Shown piece by piece: positions 13,031-25,997 of a stretch of DNA of 64,000 nt; the first letter of the stretch is position 1, and each line of letters starts with the position of its first letter. A program made the translations under genes and the position numbers. Source of the stretch: Cirrosporium novae-zelandiae (taxonomy: Eukaryota); the NCBI GenBank assembly GCA_026023565.1, contig JAPETS010000016.1, positions 372,001 through 436,000 on the forward strand, in the 5' to 3' direction. The notes under the pieces were generated by a model, which was not told the DNA's origin, did no database searches, and was given only the letters and a program-made list of their open reading frames with translations.

Positions 13031-13641
13031 ATGGCCACTCTAAACTGTATAATCCATTCCCCTTAGCCATTAAACACACCGAAAAGCTAACATGATTTCC
13101 CAGACCTCCCTCCAGTCAAGCCCTCCGCAATTGCCCTCGGCACCATTTTCACACACACAGCCTCCCTTGCCGTTCTCGCCCCCGTCTTCGGTGAAACATA
13201 CCACCGTGCCCAGGCTGCCAACACCAAGGAAGAATTCCTGAAGAGCAAGGAAACCGCATCCGCCGTGACGGCATGGGGGTCCAGCTTGGTTGGGAGTGGC
13301 ATTCAAACATATGCTGTCGGTGCTCTGATCAATGCCACAGGCACATTGAGTTATAAGGGCGCTGCATACCTTGGGTACGTCGGGATTCCAATTCCTTGGG
13401 GGGGGCAAACTTGATGAGAATGAATTGAATGAAATAAATGAAAAACTAACATCTTAAATTTTCTTTTTTTAGTTCTTTAATCTTCATGGCTTCAGCAGCC
13501 CCGAGTCTCCTCGCACAAATTGTGCTCGAGAAACGCCCCGCCGAAGTCGTTGCAGTCGGAACCGTCTCCCGGATCTTCGAGACCATTGGTCTGAGCATGT
13601 TTTTGACATGGTGGGGTACCAGGACTAACCCTTTTGAGTAA
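13031..13641 (+). CDS. Small multi-pass membrane protein, DUF1761-like (3 exons, absent from the ORF track)
   Basis: Spliced translation MATLNYLPPVKPSAIALGTIFTHTASLAVLAPVFGETY...AWGSSLVGSGIQTYAVGALINATGTLSYKGAAYLGSLIFMASAAP...LEKRP...FLTWWGTRTNPFE*. Both introns are GT-AG with a CTAAC branch point. Confidence 0.75.
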
Positions 13642-15181
13642 AAATCTCTCACTCCCTTTCTCTCTCGGGGGCCCTTCATAAACAGTCAGACAGAGCTTCT
13701 TTAAGCTTTTTTGAGGGACACACACATACACACAGGTGACGGTTTTTAGGTGTTAACTATGGGATATGGAAAGGAGTTTGTTTCTTAATGGCCGACCAAG
13801 GGATGTAACTCAAAAAAAAAAGTGAACGGTAGATTGTTTTTGTTCTTCTTTCATACATACATACCGAGGTCACATTAGTTAATTACCCAGAAATTGAAAA
13901 ATCGAAAAATCGGGGTTTTATTGAAAGCTCTCCACTTGTATACTGACTGTAATGCTCCCCCCGCTTCCTTCATAGCTCCACCGCTCCAGCTTTAGAACGC
14001 AACAAATAAACTTACCACAATAAAAGCCTTATCCATATTACCTACCTAAGTACTTACTATCGATAAATACTCGAGTATAAATAAACAAATAAATGAATGA
14101 ATAAAAGCCGACCGACCGAATCCCAAAGGGAAGTACTCGAATAAGCTTTTCTTGCTTTCTCGCCTACTTGTACTCGCCTAATTATTTTCAGCCTTGTTGG
14201 CCGACAACAACACACGGTTAAGTTGAAAATATTGAGTTACTTGGTAATTAGTTAGTAGTATCAAAAAGTAAACTTTGACTTTAAATTTATTTAGAAGGGT
14301 TTTCCCCAAGGTGTATATACAAGTGCTGAGTATATATTATTATTATTATTAAAGTTTATTTAATTAATGGGTTTTCATTCCGTCTCATTTCGTCAAATAT
14401 AAAGACCTAATAATTAGATAATGTCTTGACCACAGTAAAGGCCCCGTTCGTTCGTTCTTAAATCAAAGTTTGGAATGTCATTCAGCGCAGTCACGCTAAT
14501 TAATACTGTAATTATTTAACTGTATTAAGTACCAGACTATCAATTAATTAGGCTGGTTAGGGTACTTAGGGTCAGTTAGGATTAAGGACTTAGGTTAGTT
14601 TTAATTAGAGCCAGTTCTGTTTATATATTTTGGTGATTAGGGTTGAGTGTAGATATTTCCTGTTTCCTATTTCCATATTTAGGGCTCTCCGATCTCGAAT
14701 TTTCTTTTCAATTCCGGGGTTTTGGGTTCCGGGTTGGGACATAGACAGTTACATAGAAAGTCTACCACAGTACTCGAGTACATGCCCAAATAACTACAAT
14801 TCTAATTAATTACAACGGATTTCAGTCGAATTTTGGCCTTCGACGAAAATTCGAGGGTTTTATTTTACCGGTTTAGAACGCCGCCTTATTATACCACAGT
14901 AAGAATATACCAAGTACTTGTACCTAGTCTAATTAGCGTCATTTTTTAGTTCCCCTCTTGAATGCGGGAAGCTTGTTTAAGGCTGGTCGCTTTCCCTTCA
15001 ACCCACCGCGCCATCAGAATATGTATATTGATACGACATGCAGTTGCAAATGAGAAACTGAGCTTGACATAAACTTTATGCTGCCATTATCTAACGCTAT
15101 CATCATAATTCTACAAGAAGTGTAGTCGTAAGTACATTTACATTGCCTTTTCCCATCCAGATGCACCTGGCCTAGCCAAGC

Positions 15182-18042
15182 TCAAGATCTTCCTAGGTCC
15201 CTCATCGTTAGCATTAATTCATCTACCCAGGTATTCGGCTCCCTATCCTCGACCCCCGCGGCAAATCGCGTCGTTGGTGCCTGTTGGATCTCTTTCAACT
15301 CGTGATCTGAAGCAACGTTATCTTCGACGTGAATCTCATTAGTTACCATGATGGGAGCAAAGGACAAAGGAGCTGGGCCGTGTTTAGAAGGAGTGGGAGT
15401 TTGAGTTCTTGCGAGCTTATTCGAGGCTGAGAAAGGAATCAAGTCTGTAGAGTTGTTAAGGCCATGCTCGAAGAGAATCAACATGTAGGGGAGGAAAATG
15501 AATAAGAGTACGGTGCAATGCTTACTTGATTTCCCTGCAATTTCCAGACTTGGATTCGTTGAGACTTCGGTTAGGGCCATTTCACTAGCATCTGAATCGT
15601 TTCTGTCCGAACTCTCTTGCTGCACAAAGTGGGAGAAATCTCGATGTACAGATCTAGCGAATGCGTCGTGGTCAGGAGAATCTGGGTAGACCCTTTGAAG
15701 ACATTTGAAGAAATCCGTCGACAATTGGCATAAGTAACGAGTGTCCCAAACATTGTGAATATCAGTACAGCCTCGCAAGACAAGCATATCGACTTGATTC
15801 TTTCCTCCGGCCCCGTTTCGGCCATACAGAGGGAGAGATATGCAAGTTGAAGAGTATCTAGCCTCCAGGAAATCCTGGTTGCAGAATGAGTTTTGGTCGC
15901 TGAATTCCTTGAGAAGAAGATCCACCGTTTTATCGATGCTCATAAGAAACACTATTTCACGATCTGTCCATTGCTTCTTATATGAACAATTTTCATATCT
16001 TCGCTCCAAGTAACTTCTGACCTCACGTACGGATTTGTTTTCGATAAAACTGAGGGCCTCGGAATAGTCACCCCCTAATTTGATCTCGTCACCGTTACAG
16101 AACTCTCGAAGAGGGACTGCGGGCAAAACGTTCTTTTGATTTACTGGGACATATAACTTAGAGCCATCTCCCTTGTGAACCGGGTAGCGTATCAGAAACA
16201 TCCCCAGATATGTTCCCGGCTTGAGAGGCTGTGGATCTTGGGGGGCAATCTGCATCACTTCTAGAAAGTTAATCAGTTCTTCTTTATCGACGGATAATTT
16301 CTCAGCCAGCTCATTTGCGATGAGCTTGATCGGTACGAAACAGCGAAGCGACTTCTCCATCTTGGACATTTCCCTACTCGACAGATGACGGACAACAAAT
16401 AAGAGTTGTCCGGTTCCAATAAAGTCTTGGCTCTGAGCCTCGAGGTCTCGTTGTCGCCTGCAAGGATTCCATAAACGCCACCATGATCTTCTGGCCGACA
16501 GCACCCCAGTATCAAGAACATCTCCATGTAAGGATCCTAGGGACTCAAGAGGGACCTTTAAAGACTCGGATAGTTTCTTAGCTGCAACACAGAAACTGGC
16601 TTTAAACGCAGCGCTATAATCGTTCTCCCGATCGGACATTCCATCGGGAACATCGTAATGGCGGATTTCGGGATTTTTCTCCAAATACTCTTTCATATTG
16701 TCGACCACGTCTGCTATACACTTCCAGTTCCGGGAAGTACGGAAAATCCAGTTGAAGCTTGGATGGCCTGTCCCAAAGAATCGCTCGTGGGCCTAGAACG
16801 CATGAGTCTAATTGTGTTAAAACTTCACTTATCATCACTCACCTGCTCGAAATACTTCCTTGTGATCATCTGGCTAGGCATTTCCTTGGCTTGGATACCG
16901 TCGACCATGATGCTACCGTCAGGGCCAAAGTATGCTGCAGCCAACACGATCTTCTTAGCTCTCCTAGAAGATTGTTGTAGCTTTCTTGCCGACAACACTC
17001 CCATGACTACCAGAAGAAAAAGGGCGCCACCAGCCTGTATGCGAATCAGCACTTGAAATTCAGTAATTGAGGAGAGACAACTTACGATTGAACCAGCAAT
17101 TTTCATAGTCACTATCCTTGTAATGCCAATATTTTGCAATCCTTCCTTTTTAAAGCGATATGACGTTCCACGGTAGGCTGTCCAGTGCATCCCAAATACT
17201 GCCAACGCAAGTCCGGTTGCTGCGCCGCATCTTTTCAGCCATGTATTGGTCCATCGTGCACGAGATTTGAAAAAGAAACCTAGAGCGGTAGTACTACTGA
17301 AGAATGCAATGAAAGCAGCAGCAGCAATGAACCTGTGATCATATTCCGCTGCATAATTGGCGATAGCATAATCGCCAATATAATGCATTCCACAGATGCC
17401 AGCCGCTACTCCTGTACCACACCCAAAGAGAATGATCCAGCTTGATAGCTTTGGACCAATGCCGAGACACCCCCCCACAGAATAACCAGGCTTTTCGATC
17501 CTGGTTGTGAAAGCGAATGCCGCCAAGGCACACCCGACTGGAATACAAAAGGAGGCCATCATATACCCCACATTATACTGGAGTTGAATGGGGGCATTCA
17601 TTTCTACCGCTTGGTTTCCAAACATGTGCATGCTCCAAATTGCGAGGGAAGCCATGGAGAAGGCAGATCCCATTAGCAAGACCCTAGCAGAAAGTTAGCA
17701 CGAGACTTGCAAGACCATCCGAGCCGTATGATAACTGGTAGCTTTTGGCGCATCCACTATGGTTTTACAATACCAGCTCCTATGCAACCGGCTGCATTTT
17801 TATATATCATGGAAGTCTATCTTATGGGGCATAGCTTCTTCCGGCATCGTAACATAATCTGAAAAGGAAACTCACCAGTTAACTTCCCCGTTGACCGATG
17901 TACGAATGTTTAGGAGTTCAAGCGTAGTGAGAGTTCCCACCCAGCTTATGATGTACGATAGGAATATGAATCCAGCCACGGTATGGTGCCCAACCAGCTC
18001 CCCGACTAGCGGTTCCATGCTCGTAATGTTGCCGTCTGTCAT
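15182..18042 (-). CDS. MHYT-domain integral membrane signalling protein (multi-exon)
   Basis: ATG at 18042 (MTDGNITSMEPLVGELVGHHTVAGFIFLSYIISWVGTLTTLELL). Three MHYT-type motifs IWSMHMF, CGMHYIG and FGMHWTA, then a large soluble C-terminal region (ORF 15182-16708). Confidence 0.82.
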
Positions 18043-19084
18043 GGTGTAAAAGGTAGGGGTGTGATTAGGTGAGTATTTTCACGTTGATTGCAGGCTGATG
18101 AACGAAAGAATACCTAAGCCTCTGAAATAGAGGTTGACCTTAGAGGGGACTGGCGGATCGCCCAATCACCAACGCGAAACCACGGTCTAGAACTAGATAG
18201 ATGCCTTACGGTAAGTTACTGTTATAAAACCGATTAAGATCACAGTACTCACCTTATGGCAGATAGTCTAGAGATATAGAAGGGCCACGGGTGAATTAAG
18301 GTTCAGGCAATTATATGAGTTTGTGGTAATACGTCGTGAGGCAAGTATTGAAATTAAAAAGAGTGACAATGTGAACGAAGAAGCGACAGATATTGAGATT
18401 CACCTCAGATGGGAAAGATCCTGTCACGTTAGGATATGGTTTCCGGTATAATGGCCATCTCTTTGATAAAAGATCACGATGAGGTCAACCAACTGGAACG
18501 AGTGCTCGTGCAGATAGTGTAGGAGACGGTTCAGAAGCGAGCAAATCTCCGTCCGAAGTGTTTTATATTCTCCGGTTCACAATCTGTAAGGGATGAAGGA
18601 CGGGAAGTGAGACTTTAGGGGGGCGGGGTTGCCGTTTCTGATGGCTTGGAGGGTCAAGTACTCCTACATAGAAGGTGAATTGCCGGCTCCGAAGTTGAGG
18701 TTCTTCAAAGGAAGTGTCTAAGATGAGCTAATATGAGGTGTCAATGAGAAGCTTATAGCATAGAGGAAATCTACTGAATGGCAAGTGATTCAGATGACGT
18801 CTCGAAAGCATCAAGAAAAGACAAGACGCGAGATAGGATTTGTTCCAAGTGACTTGGTTGTGCGGTGGTAATGGTAGTAGAAGTGGAGGTGGTGGTGCTG
18901 TTGCTGCTGTGCGACATGAACATGATGGGGACAAATGGATTTTCTAGTTGATTACAATATTTAATGGCTAGGAAGCTAGGAAGGGCTTCATTATTTTGTG
19001 CATGAAACTCTTAGAAAGTATTTCTGCGGTCTACCGACAAACAGGTCCTGTAGGTGCACAGGACGTCCGAAGTTCTGGAAGTAG

Positions 19085-19182
19085 GGAAAAAAGGAAAAGG
19101 AAGAAAGGGAAGGAAAGGGAAAGTAAGGTAAGGGTAAGGAAATAAAATAAAATAAAATAAAATAAAACAGAATAAAATAGAA
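19085..19182 (+). repeat. Purine-rich simple repeats (GGAAA)n and (AAAAT)n
   Basis: Read directly in the long MHYT/S28 intergenic region. Confidence 0.7.
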
Positions 19183-20974
19183 TGGTAGGCCAAGGGGAGG
19201 ACCTGTCGCATTAACTTTGCATTACTTTGCATTACCCATCAGTCGAATCGACAGCCTTTTCTTCCCAGTCACTGACGCATGACCTATATCTTTTCTTTCT
19301 TTCCATCGGGGTTGGTTGGTCACCAGCAGTTCATAGGTCGGCTTCTTGCAAACAAAGTTTCCTGTTGCCCAACCCTTACTTTGTAGTACAGTATGACAAG
19401 GACCAAGGGTGACGGAATGGTTGATCAGCGGGAAGGATCATTGCAGAATATAATCTGAATTAATCTAGACGATGATCCTGGGTGTCGGATAAACCAAGTA
19501 TTGATACATCAGCTGTCCCCATCTTCCACAGCCATTTAATTCTCGTTTGTGGTCAATTAATATCTATTTATTATCGATTATCGGGATAAGCAGAGAAGAT
19601 ATAAGATTATTTTATTCTGTCTACTTCAGACGCCCCCCCCCCTCATCTCTTGAGATTGTGATTTAACATATTAAAGCAAGTGGTTCGCCGACATTTCCAA
19701 ACCTCGAAAGTGGGGGGGTGGGGAGAAGGAAGGAGAAAGAAGGGGAAAGAGGGAGGCGAACTGCGGCTGCGGGCTTTTCTCAAACTGGTTATTGTACACT
19801 GTACACTGTACAGGGAAAAAAAAGAAAAAAATTGAATTGAATTAAATCATCTACAAAACTATCAAACTTCCGGGATGATGCATTCTTTTCGTTTCCGATT
19901 TCCCGAACCTTGAGTTTGACAATTTGATAGATAAGTTACTTATCTGGGTAGAAGACTAGGCTAGCTGCAGCAGGCTATTGCTAGATGGCTTTACCTACCT
20001 AGGTATCTAAGTATTAGGTACACATACAGTACAGTACACAGGAACCGCTTGCTAGTTTTGGTGTGACGTGACTTTTTTAAATCGTTCCCCATTCCCCGAC
20101 CAAACCTAACTGAACCTTAAGGTTAAGATTCAAACTACTGGAATGCTTATTAGTATATTTGTAAATATGGAAAATTACTGGGATACCACTGTCTGAAATA
20201 TCTCGTTGCTGGTATACCCGTGCTTCGGGGGTTCTTTATCCAGTAAACTCGATATTTAGCCCATCGCCGCTTATAAAATAAAGGTTATTTAGAATAAACT
20301 GAATATCTACAAGTAGTAGAAAAACCATTAACAACTGTTACGACGCCTAAAATATAGGCTCGGTGAGGCTCTTATTTAGGTGTATACTCGAGTAACTGAT
20401 GTGGGTATTGATGGCTTAGGTTTAAAGAATCTATATGGTAAATCGTATGACTTGGGTCATATGACTTAGAAGCCTAAAATATATATATAATTTGGCGAAT
20501 GTTGAGAGCTTCGGGGGGTGAATGTTGATAGTTTTAGGGGGTGAATATATAAAACATTGACTACTACAGTTAAAATAGTGCATGATGCACGGGCAGTGGA
20601 ATGAAATATCTCAGACAGTGGTTCCCGAGTAAATTTCTGTTTGTAAATATTTAATACAAACTTCGCACTTTTCCGTCGGCCACCTCTTTCCAACCTTATA
20701 ATGAACTTAGAACTGGCTTTTCTCTCTGGTCACCTCCTTGGGGAAAATATATAACACATTCATACTATGTCTCGGCGTGGTTTGGCTTCAGGCGATAAAT
20801 AGTCTTTGCTTCTCGGTGCCAGATGCGTGACTACCATATGAAAATGTTATAGCAATCTCTTTGCTTTTTATCCATAAAAAGGTGGCTAGGTCCCCCTCTA
20901 TGCTACAATCCAAAATATCTCAATATCCACAGTTTCAATTCTCGGTCGGTTTTATCAAAATCTATTCCTTGACC

Positions 20975-22817
20975 ATGAAGTTCTTAATCTTTCTACTTGC
21001 CTTCTGGATTGCTTCCGTTTCCGCTACTATAGAATTATTTAAAAAAGGTCAAGGCAGATTCAAACAGTTGATTGACCATGATAATCCTTCGTTAGGAACC
21101 TTCTCGCAACGGTATCGGTGGAATCGTCAACACTGGGCTGGGCCAGGCTCACCGGTACATCCCCAGTTCTTCTCGACAAAAAATAAAACTATGGCTAACA
21201 GCAATGGATTTATTAGATAATTTTATCCTCAACACAAGAGGAACCTAATGACTATGGGCGGAATTTCATGTTTCTTAGTAATGGCCTCGCAATGCTCTAC
21301 GCTAAGAAGATTGGTGGTGCTATTCTCGCTCTAGAACGTGAGTTCTAGCCTGAATTCTGTTTTAGAGCACCATTGGACTGATCAAAAGGGATAAAGACCG
21401 GTACTATGGAAAGTCGTCTCCTTACAAGCAGTTGACAGTCGAGAATTTGCAGTACTTGACTGTTAAACAAGTCATTGCGGACCTCACTTACTTTGCAAAC
21501 AATGTCGTCTTGCCTTTTGATAAAAAACAGGGAAGTCATCCCAGTGTTGCCGTGAGTATATGCATATCTTGGATATTTGGAGTCTAGAGCTAATCTCTAC
21601 CCATTTAGCCTTGGGTGCTGATGGGCGGATCATACACCGGCGTATTGGTAGCCTGGACTGCTGTAACATCCCCTGGCACTTTTTGGGCTTATCATGCATC
21701 TAGCTCCCCTGTTCAGGTGAGCGAAGACTTCGTATGTAGTAAATTTCTTTTGATATTCTTTCCGACTTTCTTCTTGTTTCTAGTGCTTTAGTATTAATAT
21801 GCTGGCAGTGGAAAATTTATCTTCCTATCCAAGAAGGAATGCCCCGAAATTGCAGTAAAGATGTCACCCGTGTTATGACCTTTGTCGACGCGGTTCTACA
21901 ACATGGAAGTCAGGCAAATAAAACTATACTGAAAAGCTTTTTCAGCCTTGAAGACGTGAAACATGACGATGATTTTGCGAGTGCTCTTGTGACGCCATTA
22001 TTTCTTTGGCAGAAGAATAGCTTCACAAGTGGATACTCCCAATTTTTCCAATTTTGCGACTCTGTGGAGGTGAGTATTGAGCTAGTCGTTTCCCTGGAGG
22101 TTGCGATTGTTATATTGATAAGTGAGCTAGGGCACACTACCCACAGCACCTATCATGGCGAAACGTCATAACCCTCACAAACACTATAGGGATAATGAAG
22201 ATGGAGTTGGATTTAAAAAAGCAATCACAGGCTATGCTAATTGGATTTCAATAGTGCAGCTTCCAACTTACTGCTCTACTTCTTCGGGGTTGACTGTCAA
22301 GTGTCTGAATTCTTACCCAGACGCCAGTAACTCGCCTGGAACAAATAGGCAATGGCTTTGGCTTTTGTGCAACGAGCCCTTTGAAATGTGGCTGAATGGT
22401 CCCCCAATTGGAATTCCGGCAATTGGACCCCGTGTCATCACTACCGGATACTGGAAACACCAATGCTCTACTAGTTTCCCATCGAAGGGTACGCATAAAT
22501 CCGGAATTGCCAAAGGAAAGACCGCTGCAGACGTAAATTCCTGGACTAGAGGTTGGGATGTTGGTAACACGACACGCCTGATGTGGTCGACCGGTCAATA
22601 TGACACATGGCTCGAGGGTACTGTCTCTTCAAGATTTCGGCCCGGAGGCCCTCTCAGGTCCACGCCTGAGGTGCCCATCCATATTATTCCAGGAGGATTT
22701 CACTGCACTGATCTACGTGGTCGAGTCAAGAATGCAGGTATGAAAAGGGTTCTTAATAAGGAAATCGCACAGATTGCGAAATGGGTGGGTGAGTGGGAAC
22801 CTCATCACAAGAAATGA
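20975..22817 (+). CDS. Secreted serine carboxypeptidase, family S28 (multi-exon)
   Basis: Signal peptide MKFLIFLLAFWIASVSA, QLIDHDNPSLGTFSQRY, E-x-RYYGKSSP, nucleophile motif WVLMGGSYTG, MPRNCSKD, and catalytic His in GGFHCTDL. Confidence 0.85.
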
Positions 22818-23299
22818 GTGGAAGGCTACTCATAAGACTACGGCTGTGAAAAATAGGAAGGGTCGCTAAAGTTGTTTCTATGGGAAGTTCAATAGTGTGG
22901 ATCTAAGCTTAGATGAACATTTGTTTTGGATATATATTTACGAAATTTTTTTAGTTTATGGTATCGTTTCAAAAGTACTCTTTGTTAGAAAGGAAAACTC
23001 ACGTGAATTGAAATAAAGCTTTGATAAGTGCTATCGAGCTTTAAGCCCATGATAATTCTGTCGATATAAAACTACCCATTGTCTACGTGCTCATCGTATA
23101 TTCTAATGGGCCTTCTTCAGAGAACTCTAAGAGAATATCAGAATGATAACTCGATCTCTCACTGCTCCAAAGCTCCTAATGTGCAATCGAAAACTATATC
23201 CATCAAATACATGCGACTTTGTCTTACATCTAACCTTCTTACTCGTTGTAGTTCACATCAACCAGCCTAGCCAACTTCATAATAGCAACTAACACGTAA

Positions 23300-25555
23300 C
23301 CACTGCATTTTGCTTCCTCCTATACGCACATTGCGTTCTAAGATTTTACTATGTAGAACTCGTTTCTTGGTTTAGTTTCACCCTTGACCAGGGGAGGGAA
23401 TAGATCTGGCGGAATCTGCGAAAACTTCAGTTAATGTGCAAGAAGTATAAGTACAATATTAGCGCAAATTTTGCAACCCTTACCAGAGAGCTCCTTTGCA
23501 CTTCAATAACCCCAAAAAACTACTGAAGTGGTACTTGTAAAAGTGAGAAAGCAGAGACATATTCGTCCTAGTTTGTGACGCATTAGTAACAATAGACCCT
23601 GAAATCACCTCGAGGGCTTCTAGCGCAAACTTCCTCACGTATAAAATGGCCCCTGACTCCTTGTTAATTCACACTTCATCATTTAATAGATTGAGCTTAA
23701 CAGCCGCTACAAAAATGGACTAAGTAAGGCTAGATGTGACCCCTTTATTGATAAGTGCTGACACTATTTGAAGGATGCTTCGTACATGGCCGACCACAAT
23801 CCGTATGCCTGGCAATGCATCATAAAGAGTGCAGTGTAGATACAGATTCACGGCAAGGCGCTTAAACCTAGCAGATTGGAATAGTAGCTCATCTTGATCC
23901 CCGCCAACTTGTTGAGCGAGTTAATCGACCTGTTCTTCCAAAGAAGCCGCCTTGATAACAAATTGTGTATCTAGTGCTACATCTGAATTGGTTTGCTTTT
24001 GTCGACTTAGTTCTGCGATATCACACAGATCTTGAGCAAGCTCAAGGCGATAGGGAATCCATATGTCAATTTCATGTGCTTTTTTATCTTAGCAATCACT
24101 TCCAAAGAGGGGCACCTCACCACAGGCTGTTCGTCCAATGACGTCTTGGCAAGCAGAAAATCGCTCCACAAATGAAATTATGGGGTTCTGTTGACATCGG
24201 GAGGTCCGCCGTAGCTGTTTTCGAGCACGGATAAGATCTCGTGCACCTCGAAGATGAACTACCCAATGCTCATCGCATTTATTAGTGATTTTGTAAAGAC
24301 ATATAATCATGATAATGATTAAAATCTAGGTGTTTTGAGTAATCTGGACGGTACATTCTGTGGTTAAATGGTTCCGTAGGTCTTCAAAAACCGAAGCCTT
24401 AAGCCTCATCGCAATTTCGTTCCACGTGTGACCATGTTTGCATAGATGATATGCTGCGAGAGTAAGAATTGCGCAGAAAATATTCTTGGAGGTAGTTACA
24501 GAAAAGGGTAAGATCATCTTTGCAAAAGGTTGATTGGATGAATGGGTAGAGATTGTTAAAGGGTAAAATCGTTCCAAATAGTAGTCTAGAAGAGATGCTT
24601 CAAGAAGGTAGAAGTTTACAGTGTTGTCAATGGACCAGACTAAATAGACGGTCTACCATAGACGGTCTATAGACCTTAGACCGACTAGACCAAGCTTTTG
24701 AATAGACCAGACCGACCAGACCTTGATTTTCCAAGGTCTATTTGGTCTATATAAATGCGAATTATTAGTGGAGGGTATATTTTTGGGGTTTGTAGGGGAA
24801 AATTTGGGGGTGTTGGAGTTCGGTATTTTATTTTGTATAGATTAGTAAAACTTATCTCCACGTGATATCACGTGGAGATAAGATGGTGTGGTGAATCGAG
24901 ATTCAAAAATTTTGGGCCTGCTCCGCGCGGGTTATATTATCCGGGTGTCATGTGACCGTCGGTCTATAGACCAGACCGGGCCGAGGATTTTGATAGACCG
25001 ACCAGACCAAGGGGGTCGGTCTGGTCGGTCTGGTCCATCGACAACACTGGAAGTTTATAAGGTGAGAGAATGGAGATGGCTTCAAAGGAACTAAATCGAG
25101 AGGAAAATAAAAATCCATGTAGTCGGTCATACCAATTGGCCTCAGCAACAAAAATGCTCTGTTTATCAGTCCACTTATTTCCCTTAGTTCGATTCGCGAC
25201 CTCCTGTGACTCCTCGGTATTACTAACGCTGGAGTTGATGAAATGTTGGTTTTCAATGACAGGCAAGGAACACCACCGAACGGGGCATGGGAATACAAGT
25301 CCGTCCGTCAAAGCTGGATTGCTAACCTTGTCTTTTCTCTACACTCCGCTTCAACCAAAGGCTAACCTGACTGATGAAGTCTACCTCCCACTTCAAGACA
25401 ATGCCAGTCCAACATTGCAGTTCATGCTTACGGTAGCGACGGCATTGGGGCTTTTCTTTGGAGCATTTCACTTTCCTAGAATGGCAGGGCTGACAGTCAG
25501 TTCTCGTGCGGATATTTTTCAGTTGCTATTGTTCAACAAGGTTTCGTCGGGGCAT
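23300..25555 (-). pseudogene. Zn(II)2Cys6 / fungal-specific transcription factor pseudogene, interrupted by a MITE
   Basis: From ATG 25555: MPRRNLVEQ*QLKNIRTRTDCQPCHSRKVKCSKEKPQCRRYRKHELQCWTGIVLKWE, with a premature stop and the 5th Cys changed to Tyr. Downstream fragments HWVVHLRGARDLIR, QDVIGRTACG and KRLAVNLYLHCTLY carry several stops. The 3' end is approximate. Confidence 0.82.
24619..25049. mobile_element. Non-autonomous hAT-type DNA transposon (MITE), 431 bp
   Basis: 22-bp TIRs CAGTGTTGTC(A/G)ATGGACCAGAC with 1 mismatch. 8-bp TSD GAAGTTTA at 24611-24618 and 25050-25057. Subterminal AGACC(GACC) repeats and no transposase ORF. Confidence 0.92.
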
Positions 25556-25997
25556 GAATATTCCGAGCCTTCACAATAGTAAATAGCTAAGCACCGTAGC
25601 ACCTAAGCTTAAGGGGTAGAGCATAGGACGTAGAAAGTAGTTATGTTATAGGTCATCAGGAATTGAAAGCCTATGAAAATCATAAAGGTCAAAGGCTTAG
25701 AATTGAGGCGAGCGATAAAAGGTTCCGATGTCCCAAGAGTGAGATGTACTGTACCTTACTCTAAAAATATGTCGCTAAACCTATTTTAGATACTTAGGTA
25801 ATTAAGTCATTGGATTTATGTAATTAATTACGGTAATATAACTAATCTTTTCCTTACGTACAGTACACAGTTTATAGGCTATAGTTATGCTCATAGTAGG
25901 GTCTTCAAGTCGAAATATATTAATAAATGCGAACCCTATGTTTCTCCCCAGCGTAGATAAAAAAGCTTTTGCTTCCTAATCCGCTAACTCCGTATAG

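Noticed and set aside
13070..13731. Several minus-strand ORFs in the track
   Set aside because: Shadows of the spliced + strand membrane-protein gene at 13031-13641.
17686..17875. Long (about 190 nt) first intron of the MHYT gene as a riboswitch or snoRNA host
   Set aside because: No TPP aptamer motifs or convincing C/D or H/ACA boxes are visible.
24632..24725. Short AGACC repeats resembling a CRISPR-like array
   Set aside because: The context is eukaryotic, there is no regular repeat-spacer periodicity, and the repeats are explained as hAT subterminal repeats.
25070..25579. 169-aa ORF on the + strand
   Set aside because: Antisense to the Zn2Cys6 pseudogene, whose conserved motifs are on the minus strand.
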